NCBI RefSeq assembly: GCF_009914755.1
Contig: NC_060935.1
DNA from: the human T2T-CHM13v2.0 reference genome, Homo sapiens
DNA length: 64,000 nt
Strand: one strand, 5' to 3'
The notes beneath the pieces are model-generated. The model saw only the letters and a list, made by a program, of their open reading frames with translations, was not told the DNA's origin and ran no database searches. Numbering within the stretch: position 1 is the stretch's first letter; the number at the start of each line of letters is the position of its first letter. Position numbers and translations under genes: made by a program. Shown here one piece after another: positions 50,303 through 64,000 of the stretch.

Positions 50303-51117
50303 TGAGGCTGAAGAGATTATCCCTAAAAGGAGGCAAAATGACTGTATTCAGATAAGTTCAAAGAGAAAAAATGTTTCCTTTCCTGAAGTCCCATTGAGTG
50401 TATGTTGATCCACTTTCTTTTAATAGGCCCTGCATCACATTTGCAGCAGGACCATGGAAGGTTACACATCTTATTATCATTTGGGGATTAGATAGCAATT
50501 TTTATTAAAGTCAAAGAAAAATATTTTGCTTGGATACTCCAACAGTTGTCAATGAAATCTGTTTAAAGTTCTACTTTGTGAAAATTTATGTTATCAGCAG
50601 CACCTCACAAAAGCATCAACCTTTGATCTCCACATTTTCTGTAAATACAGTAAAATAAACATGCTATATTGTTAGCAGTCTTTTCCAGAATGTGTAATTT
50701 GTGACAATCAAAAGGGATGCACTTTTAGAAATCTTCCTGTGAAAGTACTGAAAGTAAGTGCTTTTCTTGTTCAGTATTGAATTTGGGCTTAAAGAGTTAG
50801 TGTGAGCTAATTAGAGCAATTTAAACATGGTACAGTCCTTCCCCTTTAACAGCTCTCTGCTTCAGGTGAAATCACAGCAGAAACTCATTTCAAACATAAG
50901 TTTTTCAGAAAGGGCAGAGTCAGGGTAGTGAAGGAGGGCAGAGTAAGCCATGGCAAGCTCATTTTTCTAGGCTTGTTGATTTATTCACACTGCATTTGTG
51001 AGAAACTTTTCGGGGCTCGTTCCAGGGATACAATAAGTGCAAGATAAGGTCTTCAAGGTTCTTATAGTGAGTAAGGGATAGGTACTTAAATATTCACACT
51101 CTGATATAAAATGTTCA

Positions 51118-52019
51118 CAGTCATGCATCTCAAAACAACAGGAATATGCTCTGAGAAATGCATTATTATGTGATTTTGTTGTGTGAACATCATGGAGTGT
51201 ACTTACGCAAACCTATATGGTGTAGTCTAATGCACACCTAGGCTATATGGTATAGCCTATTGCTCATATCCTGCAAACCTGTACAGTATGTTACTTCACT
51301 GAATACTGTAGGCAATTATAATACATTGGTGCTTGTGTACCTAAACGTATCTAAACATAGAAAAGTTAGAGTAAAAATAAAAGATAAAAGATAAAAAAAT
51401 TACACTTTATAGGGTTTTGCCAAGCATGGATCTTGCAGTACTGGAAGTTGCTCTGGGTGAGTCAGTGTGTGAGTGGTGAGTGAATGTGAAGGCACTTTTG
51501 GGGATCTGGAAGTTAGTCATTTTCATTAGAGTCAAAGAAAAATGTTTTTGTTGTGTTAATTCCAACAGATTATAATGAAATCTGTTTCAAGTTTAAATCA
51601 TAAGATATACCTTATAAACACTGTACACTTGGGCTGCACTAAATATATAAACAAACATTTTCCTTTCTTCAATAATAAATTAACCTAGGCTTACTGTAAT
51701 TTTGTAACTTTATAAACTTTTTAGTTTTTAAAAAACTTTTGACTCTTTTGTAATAACACTTAAAATATAAACATGTTGCACAGCTGTACAAGAATTTTTT
51801 TATATCCTTGTTCATTCTATAAGCTTTTCTATTAAGTTTATTTTTTGCTTTTTAAATTTTTTTGTTAAAAATAAAGACCAAACTCTCACATTGGCCTAAG
51901 CCTACACAAGGTCATAATCATTAATATCACCATTTTCCATCTTCACATCTTGTCTCACTAGAAGGTCTTCTGGAGCAGTAACATGCATGGGGTTGTCATC
52001 TCCTGTGAGAGCAAGGCCT
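51118..52019. mobile_element. Tigger3/Golem-like (MER7) DNA transposon, truncated
   Basis: Terminus cagtcatgc..., plus ctaggctatatggtatagcctattgctc and ggactggaagttgctctgggtgagtcagt motifs. Confidence 0.85.
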
Positions 52020-52270
52020 GTCTGTGTAAATGGTACTCCCATCCAACCTGTTATGCAACTAGTAAATTAGCACTTTATCCTTTGACTATTTACTTTTACT
52101 CATTCCAAACAAGCCAGCACAAATCTAGTCAATTCTACTAACTTACACAATGAGACCATAAAAAAAAATTTGTAGCATTGACTGACTTGATATGGCTTTA
52201 GCTCAAAATGCAGAAACAACATTCATGCTATCTTGTCATGTTTAACTGCAGGCACATGAAAATATTAGTA

Positions 52271-52590
52271 TTTGTCTTGGTTGGGAAAGAAATTCTGAGG
52301 CAGAAATGTGTGTGCAAGGGGTTTACTAAGGCATGCTCTTATGTAAGTGCATGATGAAATATGATTGATTGGAGCTAATTGTTGAACCATAATATAGTTG
52401 CAAAACAGGCCTGAAGCCATTCCATGGGGAGATGTGAACCTGGAATGGCCCTTCAGAAAAGTCTGGAATTGAGCCACAGAAGGAACCCTGTTTGCTTGCA
52501 TTGGAGAGGCTAATGACAGAGCCTGGTGGACTTCAACTCTGTCATTATGGATATTTGATTGGTTAGTGCTTCTCTCCTTCTTCCACGGTG
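52271..52590. mobile_element. Old ERVL-class LTR remnant
   Basis: tgtcttggttggg...ctgaggcagaaatgtgtgtgcaagggg resembles old LTR termini; weak. Confidence 0.35.
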
Positions 52591-53788
52591 TTCCATGTAA
52601 TAGAAAGACCTTCACACCTCATGCCCACTCCACAGGTGCATCCCCATGCCTCTTTCCCAGACCTCTTTCCTTCCTATTATCCAATCTTTCTGTTTATAGG
52701 TCCAGTCCATCAAACAAAGTCATCTGGAGCTCCTAGTCTCTGTATTCTTACCTCAGGATTATCTTATTTATACACAAAGTAGATAATCAGTTGTATTACT
52801 TGAAGCTCAATGCATTGAGAGGGTTAACAGTCATCAGTGACTATCAAGGCCCCCAGAGGGAAGCATTACTTCACTAAGTTTTACTTTTCCCATATACCAA
52901 GTCATTCTATATCTGAACCTAGAAAGGCTATTTTCTTCTGTCATCTGATCACAACAGACACCCAAGCACCTGAGGGTATGCACTGAGGTGAGGCACAACA
53001 TTGGTGGGCAACAGGGTCTCTGAACCACCAGACTGTGCAGCTTAAATGGCCTTTTGTTAAGTACTGACAATAAACTGAGATTGTAGCCCAGACAAAAAGC
53101 TCTCTAAAGATGGTTAAGGATATTACATTCAAACTCTGTCAAACAGAAATGAGGTTTCTAAGAATCTTAATGTCATTACCTCTCAGCAGAATATCATAGT
53201 CCATCTATATGAATGGAGATATTTTGGGTGTGGCTTTTGTCTAATGGAGCAGATTCCAGTAAGAGTCACAAGAGACCAAGAAAAAGTTTAATAGAATTAC
53301 ATGGGCAGAAACACTGCTAGTTGGGACAGAAACTAACAGAGAATGTACAAAATGAAATGGTGCTATTTACCTCCCCCTCCACCCCTGGATTCTACTTTCA
53401 GAGAGCAGGTGGAAAAAACCACACACCGAAAACCACATACTAACTTTAATATAAAAGGAAGGATGTCTCTTAGGCAGAACCCAGAGACCAGATGTCAGAA
53501 CCAACAACTGTATAGAATAACTCATTGGCAGGAGTAGGATAGCGTCTTTATCAAGGGGCACTCGATATTTGCCCAGCTGGATTTCAGAACTGCTATACAG
53601 CAATAACACTTGCATGACTCCTGTTTTCCCATCTAAGAATAGTGTCATATTTAGTAGACTTGTTTAATATCGTTGCTTCCTTGGCATGCCTTTTTAGGTC
53701 TGACATAAGTTATTTGAAACTCAGCTATACCCCATCACTTCAGCCTAGTTAAAACTTCCTCTTCCTGTGTGATTGTGATATAGCCAGC

Positions 53789-53926
53789 TGGAGGGTGGGT
53801 CTGCCTCTCCCAGTCCACTGACTCAAATGTTAATCTCCTTTGGCAACACCCTCACAGACACACCCAGGTACAATACTTTGTGCATCCTTCAATCTGATCA
53901 AGTTGACACTCAATATTAACCCTCAT
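53789..53926 (-). mobile_element. MLT2 (ERVL LTR) fragment
   Basis: ctcccagtccactgactcaaatgttaatctcctttggcaacaccctcacagacacacccag...aagttgacactcaatattaac is a typical MLT2 end. Confidence 0.8.
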
Positions 53927-54391
53927 AGACTGTGATCCCTATGTTGCTGCCTTCCCTCGTTTCTATTGCTCTTTGGCCCCAACCCAAATAAGGTTCCTTG
54001 GGACACACTAAAGAAGGAGGTGGAGTTCGAAGGGGAGGAGAGATGTGAGCGAGGCAGGCAGGGAAGCTCTGCTCGCCCACTGCCCAATCCTCACCTCTCT
54101 TCTCCTCCACCTTCTGTCTCTGCCCTCACCTCTCCTCTGAAAACCCCCTATTGAGCCAAAGGAAGGAGATGAGGGGAATGCTTTTGCCTTCCCCCTCCAA
54201 AACAAAAACAAAAACAAACACACTTTTCCAGTCCAGAGAAAGCAGGGGAGTGAGGGGTCACAGAGCTGGCCATGCAGCTGCTGGGCTGTGAGGTAGACCC
54301 GGTCCTCAGAGCCACGAGGGACTGCAACCTACTCCAAGTTGACCGTGTCCTGAAGAACCTGCTTGCTATCAAGAAGCGCTACCTTCAGTAA

Positions 54392-54499
<108 letters not shown>

Positions 54500-56650
54500 A
54501 CATGATTGAACCATTTGGGATGGAAAAGCACCTTTACTCTCAGCCACCTGTTAACTAATGCTGGAGGTCTGTGAGGAACAGAAGTGTGAAGAAAAGGTTT
54601 TCCCTCTGGCCACGATTTACCTGGACTGTTTCTTCGCCAGGATCCCAACTTCAAAGTCCCATCTGCAACTCCTGGGTGCTGTCTGCATGTTCCTGGCCTC
54701 CAGGCTCAAAGAGTCCAGCCCACTGACTGCCAAAAAGCTGTGCATTTATACCGACAACTCCATCAAGCCTCAGGAGCTGCTGGAGTGGGAACTGGTGGTG
54801 TTGGGAAAGTTGAAGTGGAACCTGGCAGCTGTCACGCCTCATGACTTCATTTAGTACATCTTGCACAAGCTGCCCCAGCAGCGGGAGAAGCTGTCTCCAA
54901 TCTGCAAGCAAGTCCAGACCTTCAATGCTCTGTATGCAATGTACCCGCCATCAATGGTTGCAACTGGAAGTGTAGGAGCAGCTATCTGTGGACTTCAGCA
55001 ACATGAGGAAGTGAGCTCACTCCCTTGCAATGCCCTGACTGAGCTGCTGGCAAAGATCACCAACACAGATGTGGATTGTCTCAAAAGCCAACCGGGAGCA
55101 TATTGAGGTGGTCTTCCTCAACAGCCTGCAGCAGTGCCATCAGGACCAGCAGGACAGATCCAAGTCAGAGGATGAACTGGGCCAAGCCAGCACCCCTATA
55201 GACCTGTGAGATATCGACCTGTGAGGATGGCAGTCCAGCTGAGAGGCGCATTCATAATCTGCTGTCTCCTTCTTTCTGGTTATGTTTTGTTCTTTGTATC
55301 TTAGGGCGAAACTTAAAAAAAAAAACCTCTGCCCCCACATAGTTCGTGTTTAAAGATCTTTTAGAAGTGACAGAAAATAGTCCTATAAAAACAGAATAAG
55401 AAAAAGCCTTTGGTGCTTATTTGAAGTGCAGCATAAGGGAATCCCTCGTATATTCGAACAGTTATTGTTTGATTATGTAAAAGTAATGGTAAAATGCTTG
55501 CAGGAAAACCTGCAGGGTAGTTAGAGAATATGTATGTCTGCAATATGGAAACAAATTAGAGGAGACTTTTTTTTTTCATGTTGTGAGCTAGCACATACAC
55601 CCCCTTGTAGTATAATTTCAAGGAACTGTGTATGCCATTTATGGCATGATTAGATTATAAAGCAATGAACTCAAGAAGGAATTGGAAATAAGGAAGGACT
55701 TGATGGGGAAGGAGTACAAAACAATCTCTCAACATGATTGAACCATTTGGGACGGAGAAGCACCTTTACTCTCAGCCACCTGTTACTAAGTCAGAAGTGT
55801 GGTTGGATCTCTATGTTGGGTACTCTTGCTGTCTACATTAGCTGCTACCTAAATAAGATGTTTTATTTTGCCAGTTGGACACAGGTGATTGGCTTCTGGA
55901 TTTCTTGTCCTGTGACATCTTGCTTCTTCCAAATGCAGTTCATTGCGGACACCACAGTATTGCTATCTAATGGGGGAAATGTAGCTATGGGCTGTAACCA
56001 AAACTCACATGAAATGGAGGCAGATGGAGACCTGGGGTGGCATCCAGAATGGAATCTTTTCTCTTATTGTATTAAAAAGGGTAACGTGACCTTGGCATTC
56101 CTTCTTAGGAAAAACTAATTTTTGGTGCTGATTGGCATGTCTGCTCCACAGGTTAGCATTGTTCTAAACCATTCCATTCGAAAAGCACTTTGAAAAATTT
56201 TTCCCTAGCAATAGATGGCATGGTTTATGCAAGTCATGCTGAATACTCCTCCCCTCTTCTCTCTTGCCCCCTCCCTCCCTGCCTCCATCTGGGTTACTCT
56301 TCACCTCTGGTATCTGACATTCTTGGGTACACATTTCTGGTGTTCCTACCAGGACACAAGAGACACCTCTTTCTGCTGACATCCCCATCACAACATTCCT
56401 CAGAAAAGCCTAAAAACAAAGATCTGTTACCATTCTGATGACACAGAGGATCTTCATTTTATTTCTTTAAATACCTAATTTTACATCTTTATACTTCTTT
56501 GGACATGGAAAGAAAAGTTATTGCGGGTGCAAAGACAGATGGCTGAACATCAGGGGGTGGCATTTTGTTTCCTTTTCCTTTTTTGTTTTTGGTAATTTTA
56601 TTGCAAAGTTGTATTCAGTGTACATGAATTTTTTTTCCTCTTCTGTTCTT

Positions 56651-56950
56651 TTTTCTTTTTTATTGTTATTTTTTTATTTATTTATTTTATTATACTTTAA
56701 GTTTTAGGGTACATGTGCACAACATGCAGGTTTGTTACATATGTATACATGTGCCATGTTGGTGTGCTGCACCCATTAACTCGTCATTTAACATTAGGTA
56801 GATCTCCTAATGCTATCCCTCCCCCCTCCCCCCACCCCACAACTGGCCCCAGTGTGTGATGTTCCCCTTCCTGTGTCCATGTGTTCTCATTGTTCAATTC
56901 CCACCTATGCGAGAGAACATGCGGTGTTTGGTTTTTTGTCCTTGCGATAG
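56651..56950 (-). mobile_element. Short 5'-truncated L1PA4/5-like 3' end inside the CCND2 retrocopy 3'UTR
   Basis: PolyT followed by attatactttaagttttagggtacatgtgc...; ends at cttgcgatag. Confidence 0.9.
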
Positions 56951-58714
56951 AGGCATTCAGTTAGTAAAGAGGTTGGAGCAACAACTCTTTTTTTTTTTTT
57001 TCACAATTGTAATCGAACAGGTAATGAAGCCATTTGTTAAAATATTTGCCTTTTTAAGTAAAAAAGAAAAATCAGAATGGGGCTACTTTGAAGAATTATT
57101 TTATACACAGATTATTTCTTGTTTCAGAGTGCGAAGGTTGAAGATGGAAAAAAATTTAAGAGTCTCTTATTTTTCATTTTGTTTTATTCATGTGTTTCAC
57201 GGAGTGTACTGCTATTTTGTAAACATTTTTATAGTATATTATTTTATTGCTTAAACTCCAAGTCCTGAAATAGATGGTTGAGATAAGAGTTCTTCATATT
57301 GGAAAAACCCTTCTGTAGTTTGTCTTCTTCTGGTTGCATATTCATGGTTGTTGTTTTTTCTTTTCTCTTTTTCCTCTGATCACATTCATCAGAGACAGAG
57401 TGTTCTTTACCTCGGGTTTACTGGACAAAATCAACAACTATAAAAGACAATGATTCACACTTTTGTTTTCACAATAACTCACAACCATACAGTTTCTGCT
57501 TGGGAGTCTATTAGTGTGAGGAACAGAGAAGCAGGGTGAACAGGGCTAAACTCCTTCTCAGGTGGAAGGCAGGGTGGTCTCAATCCCAGGGACCTTTTTG
57601 GTCATGAAGGCCACTGGGCTCCCATTTTGACTCTGGTATGCTCATTATGATGGAAAAAGTACACTGAACCAAGGGATCCTTCCTCCCCTACAAGGAAGAT
57701 GTTCAGTACAGACATTTATGCAGCAGACTAGGACGTCATAATTTGCACTTGGGTACCAGGTATCAGGAAACAGACTAAAAGGAATTCCAGCAGGCTATAT
57801 GTGGATCCTCATCTTGTAGCTTTTTCAAAAGCAGGGCATCCTCTGCATTGGGCCCTTTCATCTTGAAACATTTTCCTCCATCTTCCCCCTTCTCTGGAAT
57901 GGACACTGAGTTGAGGGTCTTCTCTACAGTTTTCCTAGGTCTGAATCTGTGAGTAGATGAATCTGCAGCATGCAGTATTTGCGGTGCTTCCTTCTCCCTC
58001 CTCTGTCTCCAACTGCACAGGCAAGCACTATGTAAGCCCAGATTCTCTGCTAAGTGGTTTTCAGGTTTTCAATCACACTGAATTGGCAGGACAAGAAAAA
58101 TTGTTCAGAGAAGTATGGGATGATAGTTGAAGGGAGATGAAGAGGCTGCTTCTCTATAGAGATGAGATTCCAGATAAGTCAGTCTCTTGGGAAGTGTGTT
58201 TAGAAGGGTTCAAGACTTTGTGAGTAAGCATGACCTTAAAATTCTAGGGGATTTCTGGTAGGACAGTGAGTGGTGAATTCTGAAGTTTTGGAGAGGAAAG
58301 TGGAGGAGCCAGCAAGCTAGCTAGCCAGTTTTCTAAAAGCCAACTTTGCACAGCACACTCTTCTGGGCCCTAAGGAGTCCCACAGAATGGGGAAAGTGGG
58401 AGCCCTGGAGTTCTTGGGAGTCTTGGAGCCTAAAGAGAAAACGAGGTGCAAATTCATTTCACAGTGACTGACCCTTGAGCTTAAACAGAATCAGCAAATG
58501 AAAGAATCTGACAAATAAGGAAAGGCACAAGCCTGCCCGACTACTGGACAATAAACTCATGACCTAAAAAAAAAAAAAAAGAAGGAGGTGGCTGTCAGTA
58601 AATGGGGCTGAAGAGAACCACTAATGAAAGCCAAGGCTCACAAGGGAGGCCACTCACAGCCACCAGAAGCTTGTCACATAAACATTGAGAGAGCGAGGGA
58701 ACACATTCTTTTTA

Positions 58715-59027
<313 letters not shown>

Positions 59028-59801
59028 CTAGTCATTCTAAATATTTACTTAAAAGAAAAAGCAAGGTCCCTATGTGGGAGGGAGGTAATGATTATCTTGC
59101 AGTCTGGGGTGATTCAAGAGAGAGACTACTGCTTAGATGGACCAGCACCCTGTCTCTCTCTCTTTTTTTAAATCAGAAATTAAAACTAAGAGCCACGACT
59201 TCAGAAGACTAAAAGTCTAAAAACAAAAACAACAAACAAAACTACAGCACAAAAGGAAAAAGCTGTAGGTGGCTACGAATCTGAAAAATAAGTAAAAGAA
59301 CTTTAAACTTAAGTCCTGAGTAAACACCAGGTCTACCAAACATGATATTAGCCCTATATTACTTACTGATTTAGAAACAAGCCCCTAGATACAGGGGGGA
59401 AATAAAAGCTAATTAAATAAATTACATATACATACATAATACAATAAATAGATAAATGAAGTATATGTGTATATTTTATATAATAAGTTAAAACAAACTT
59501 CCATAATTTGACTCAATTAGAAATCCAAAATTTATATACTAAATTTCTATACTAAAGGACTTATATAACAAAATGATTTAAAAAAGACACTGATTGGCTT
59601 TTGTGCCTCTATAACATAGACTTTAACTTAACTTTAACATTTGTTAAAATGCATCAATTGGCAGAACTTCACAAGCTTAATCAACCCTGGGACTCAAATT
59701 ACAATGATACACCAGGATTCCACTAAATTTAAACACTCTGCTCCTATAATCTTGAGAAGATACTTAAATATATATAAAGAAAAATGAGTTTGCCTCACTT
59801 T

Positions 59802-61060
59802 AGCAGTGGGGAAAGGATTCCATATTCAAAAAATGTTGCTGGCAGAATTGGCTAGCCATATGCAGAAGACTGAAACTGGACCCTTTCCTTACACCATATA
59901 CAAAAATTAACTCAAGATGGATTAAAGACTTAGGTGTAAAACTCAAAACTGTAAAAACCCTGGAAGAAAACCTAGGAAATACCACTCAAGAAGTAGGCAT
60001 GGGCAAAGATTTCATGATGATGCCAAAAGCAATTTAAACAAGACAAAAATTGACAAATGGAATCAAATTATACTAAAGAGCTGCTGCACAGCAACACAAA
60101 CTATCAACAGAGTAAACAGGCTGGGAGAAAAATTATGCAAAGTATGCATCTGACAAAGGTCTAATATCCAGCCTCTACAAGGAACTTAACAAGTTTACAA
60201 GAAACAAATAAATAACCCCATAGAAAAGTGGGCAAAGGACATGAACAGACACTTTTGAAAAGAAGCCATAGCTGCAGCCAACAATCATATGAAAAAGAGC
60301 CCCACATTACTGGTTGTTAGAGAAATGCAAACCAAAACCACAATGAGATACCATCTCACGCCAGTCAGAACAGCTATTATTAAAAAGTAAAAACAAACAA
60401 ACATGCTGGTGAGGTTGTGGAGAAAAACGAATGCTCATACTCTATCGGTGGGAGTGTAAATTAGTTCAGCCAGTGTGAAAGACAGTGTGGCAATTCCTCA
60501 AAGATCTAAAGAAAGAAATACCATTCAACCCAGCAATCCCATTACTGGGTATATACCCAAAGGAATATAAATCATTCAATTAAAAAGACACATGCACGTG
60601 TATGTTCATTGCAGCACTATTCACAATAGCAAAGACATGGAATCAACCTAAATGTTCACTAATGGTGGGCTGGATAAAGAAAATGTGGTACATATACACC
60701 ATGGAATACTAAGCAGCCATAAAAAAGAATGAGATTATGTCCTTTTGAGGGACATGGATGGAGCTGGAGGCCATTATCCTTAGCATACTAACACAGGAAA
60801 AGAAATCCAAATGCTGCATGTTCTCACTTATAAATGGGAGCTAAATGATGGAACACATGGATGTGTAGAGGGGAATTACACACACTGGGGCCTTTTGGAG
60901 GATGGAGGGCCAAAGGTGGAAGAGAATCAAGAAAAAAAACTAATGAGTACTAGGCTTAATACCTAGGTGATGAAATAATCTGTCCGATATAGTCCCATGA
61001 TACAAGTTTATCTATGTAACAAACCAGCACTTGTACCCCCGAACTTAAAAGTTAGAAAAA
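59802..61060 (+). mobile_element. 5'-truncated old L1PA (L1PA13-16-like)
   Basis: ORF2 C-terminal region and old-type 3'UTR ending cttaaaagttagaaaaaa. Confidence 0.85.
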
Positions 61061-61229
61061 ACCTGTATCCTTGTTTAAATTTCTCATAGTCATAGAATCC
61101 ACTGCCTTAAAATATTCCATATTCAACATAAATACTCTAACATAATAAATAATAAATTTAGCCTTTGACATAAATTGGCTTGATAAAAGGGGACCCCTTC
61201 AATCCCCAGTTAAAATAGTTAATCTGACC

Positions 61230-61730
61230 CAATGTAAATTAATACAGGGCCTCAAGGATTCAAATTTATTATATAAAAGCTAATTAATAAAAGACTGATT
61301 TTCTCCTCTGCTTCTCCATTTGGCAGCCCAATTTTGCCTGTTCTTAAATCTGAAAACATAAAATAAAAGATATCTCACTATGGATTAACGCAGGCTTAAT
61401 GTCATGATCCTATCCATCAAGGCTTTCATATTTAATGTCCAATTTCATTAAACTGACTGCTTCTATTTAAGCAATAACCAGTAAATATTTGCTCTTATTG
61501 ATTGCCTTTCATGTACTGTTCAGTTCCTATTTCAACATCCTCTCAGGTCAAAGTTTGCCTTGACCTCTAAAGGGACACCTTTTCCAGGATACCCATGGGG
61601 TATCTCCATAACTTTGTCATTCCATGCAATCTTTGCAGACAAGATTTTGAGGATATTCACCTTTCTCCAGGAACACAGGTGTGACATTACTTTGAGTACA
61701 TCCTCCTCCAAGGAGACTCATGTGACACAC
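61230..61730 (+). mobile_element. Highly degenerate retroviral RT remnant (ERVL-like internal sequence)
   Basis: Ordered motif remnants across frameshifts: SPFGSPILPVLK, FSVPIS..Q..FA, RIPMGYL and HY..YILL (YxDD region). Confidence 0.55.
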
Positions 61731-62277
61731 TCCTTAAAGACATAGAAGTCTAGTATCTCTTAGCACTTTTTGGGTTCTGATGGTAACACATCCTCATTTA
61801 CAAAATTTACTTACAAATTAAAATCAGCAGGCACTTCTGTGAGTGAAGTCAGAAACATCTTCACTGTAAAGGCTTTGACAACTTCTTCATACATCTTCTG
61901 GAGTTTCTAAACCACTTATGATGGTCATCAATTGCCTCACAGCTTCCGATGAAACAAAAAACAAAATAAAATAAACAAAGAACTGCCCCTCTTGGCCTGC
62001 ATCACTCACTATTAAAACAACAAATGATTGACTATCTGCTGGGACCTCCTGGAAGCAGAGGCTCTCACAGATCCTGAACCTGTGCTTCTCCATACCCAGC
62101 TCCAGTTATGGTTTGGGAAACAGCACCCCACAAACTTGGCAAGGCTACCGAGGGCTCCCTAAGACAGTACGAAGCCAAACCTGGGTCTCTGGTACATTCC
62201 ACCTGTGGGAGACGGTGGCCTTCTGTCCTCAGTGTTTTGCCAGGTGCTAGTGTACTGGAGGAGGTCATCCATTCCGC

Positions 62278-62635
62278 TATATTAGTCTATTTTTCATATG
62301 CTATGAAGAAATACCCCAGACTGGTTAATTTATAAAGAAAAAGAGGCTCAATGGACTCACAGTTTCACATGGCTGGGAGGCCTCACAATCACAGCAGAAG
62401 GTGAAGGAGGAGCAAAGGCATGTCTTACATCACGGCAGGCAAGAGAGTGTGTGCAGGGGAACTGCCCTTTATAAAACTATCAGATATCATGGGACTTATT
62501 CACTATCATGAAAACAGCATGAAAAAACATGACCCCATGATTCAATTACACCTTGCTGGGTCCCTGCTGTGACACATGGGATTATGGGAGCTACAATTCG
62601 AGATGAGATTCGGGTGACACAGCTAAACCATATCA
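62278..62635 (-). mobile_element. THE1B/C-like MaLR solo LTR
   Basis: tattagtc...aaaccatatca termini, ~358 bp, typical THE1 internal motifs. Confidence 0.9.
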
Positions 62636-62959
62636 CCCCTAGACCCTTTGACTGCCTGGAAATGTTCATGGGATTAACTGAGTAAATAGTAATGGGAGTT
62701 TGTAGACTGTGTAAATGGCACTGTAAGCATCTTGCATCATGGAACTTTGTGCAATGTGACTGTTTTCCACTCCTCAGCCAGGGTGTCCTTAATAAAGAAT
62801 GACACCCCAAAACAACAAATTTGGCCAAATTTTAGGCAGTTGTTTCAGCACCAGATGCCCTGGTGAACAAATGATCCTATTTTCACATTAATTATCAACT
62901 AATGAGCCATTACCTAAAAATTATATTCTTCAGAATTAAAAAACTCTCTAGGAATCTCT

Positions 62960-63861
<902 letters not shown>

Positions 63862-63866
<5 letters not shown>

Positions 63867-64000
63867 CATCAGGCTAACAGTGGATCTGTCTGCAGAAACC
63901 CTATAAGCCAGAAGAGAGTGAATGCCAATATGCAACATTCTTTTTTAAAAAAGAATTTTCAACCCAGAATTACATATCCAGCCAAACTAAGCTTCATAAG
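63862..64000 (+). mobile_element. L1 ORF1 3' region; continues beyond the right edge
   Basis: aagcccatcaggctaacagtggatc...ccagccaaactaagcttcataag encodes ORF1 KPIRLT...PAKLSF. Confidence 0.85.

Larger units (their letters stand above)
48146..51117 (-). pseudogene. Decayed partial duplicate of an SLC22A25-like gene (upstream region, exon 1, intron 1, exon 2, start of intron 2)
   Basis: Colinear similarity to 31543-31650 plus 39395-41690, including non-coding sequence. Exons carry frameshifts. Confidence 0.88.

Noticed and set aside
53340-53650. ORFs 53367..53648 and 53343..53537 as novel small genes
   Set aside because: No recognisable domain, lengths expected by chance, and surrounded by LTR remnants.

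Overview
Primate, almost certainly human, genomic DNA from the SLC22 organic-anion-transporter cluster (chr11q12-type locus), dominated by interspersed repeats. Four coding exons of SLC22A25 (UST6) lie on the minus strand at 40438-40839, 39648-39751, 28770-28924 and 28503-28671. All four have canonical donors, the three internal ones have canonical acceptors, and the rest of the gene lies left of the window. A decayed partial duplicate of the promoter plus exons 1-2 sits upstream (48146-51117), followed by a cyclin D2 processed pseudogene (54024-58577, with TSD and polyA). The first 28 kb is one intron built from nested retroelements: an old L1 contains a spliced L1 (SpIRE-type), a solo LTR and a full-length L1PA7-like element, which holds a two-LTR class I ERV, which holds a younger L1. 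The most interesting signals are (1) a chain of splice sites suggesting an SLC22A25 transcript that starts antisense in the CCND2 retrocopy and reuses the dead duplicate exons as a uORF-containing 5' UTR, (2) an exact 5'UTR-spliced L1 integrant, (3) shared non-consensus variants among three neighbouring L1s, suggesting gene conversion, and (4) several short templated insertions. I found no wholly new protein-coding system. Nearly all listed ORFs are L1, ERV or Alu fragments. Repeat subfamily labels come from recalled diagnostic motifs and need RepeatMasker/Dfam confirmation.
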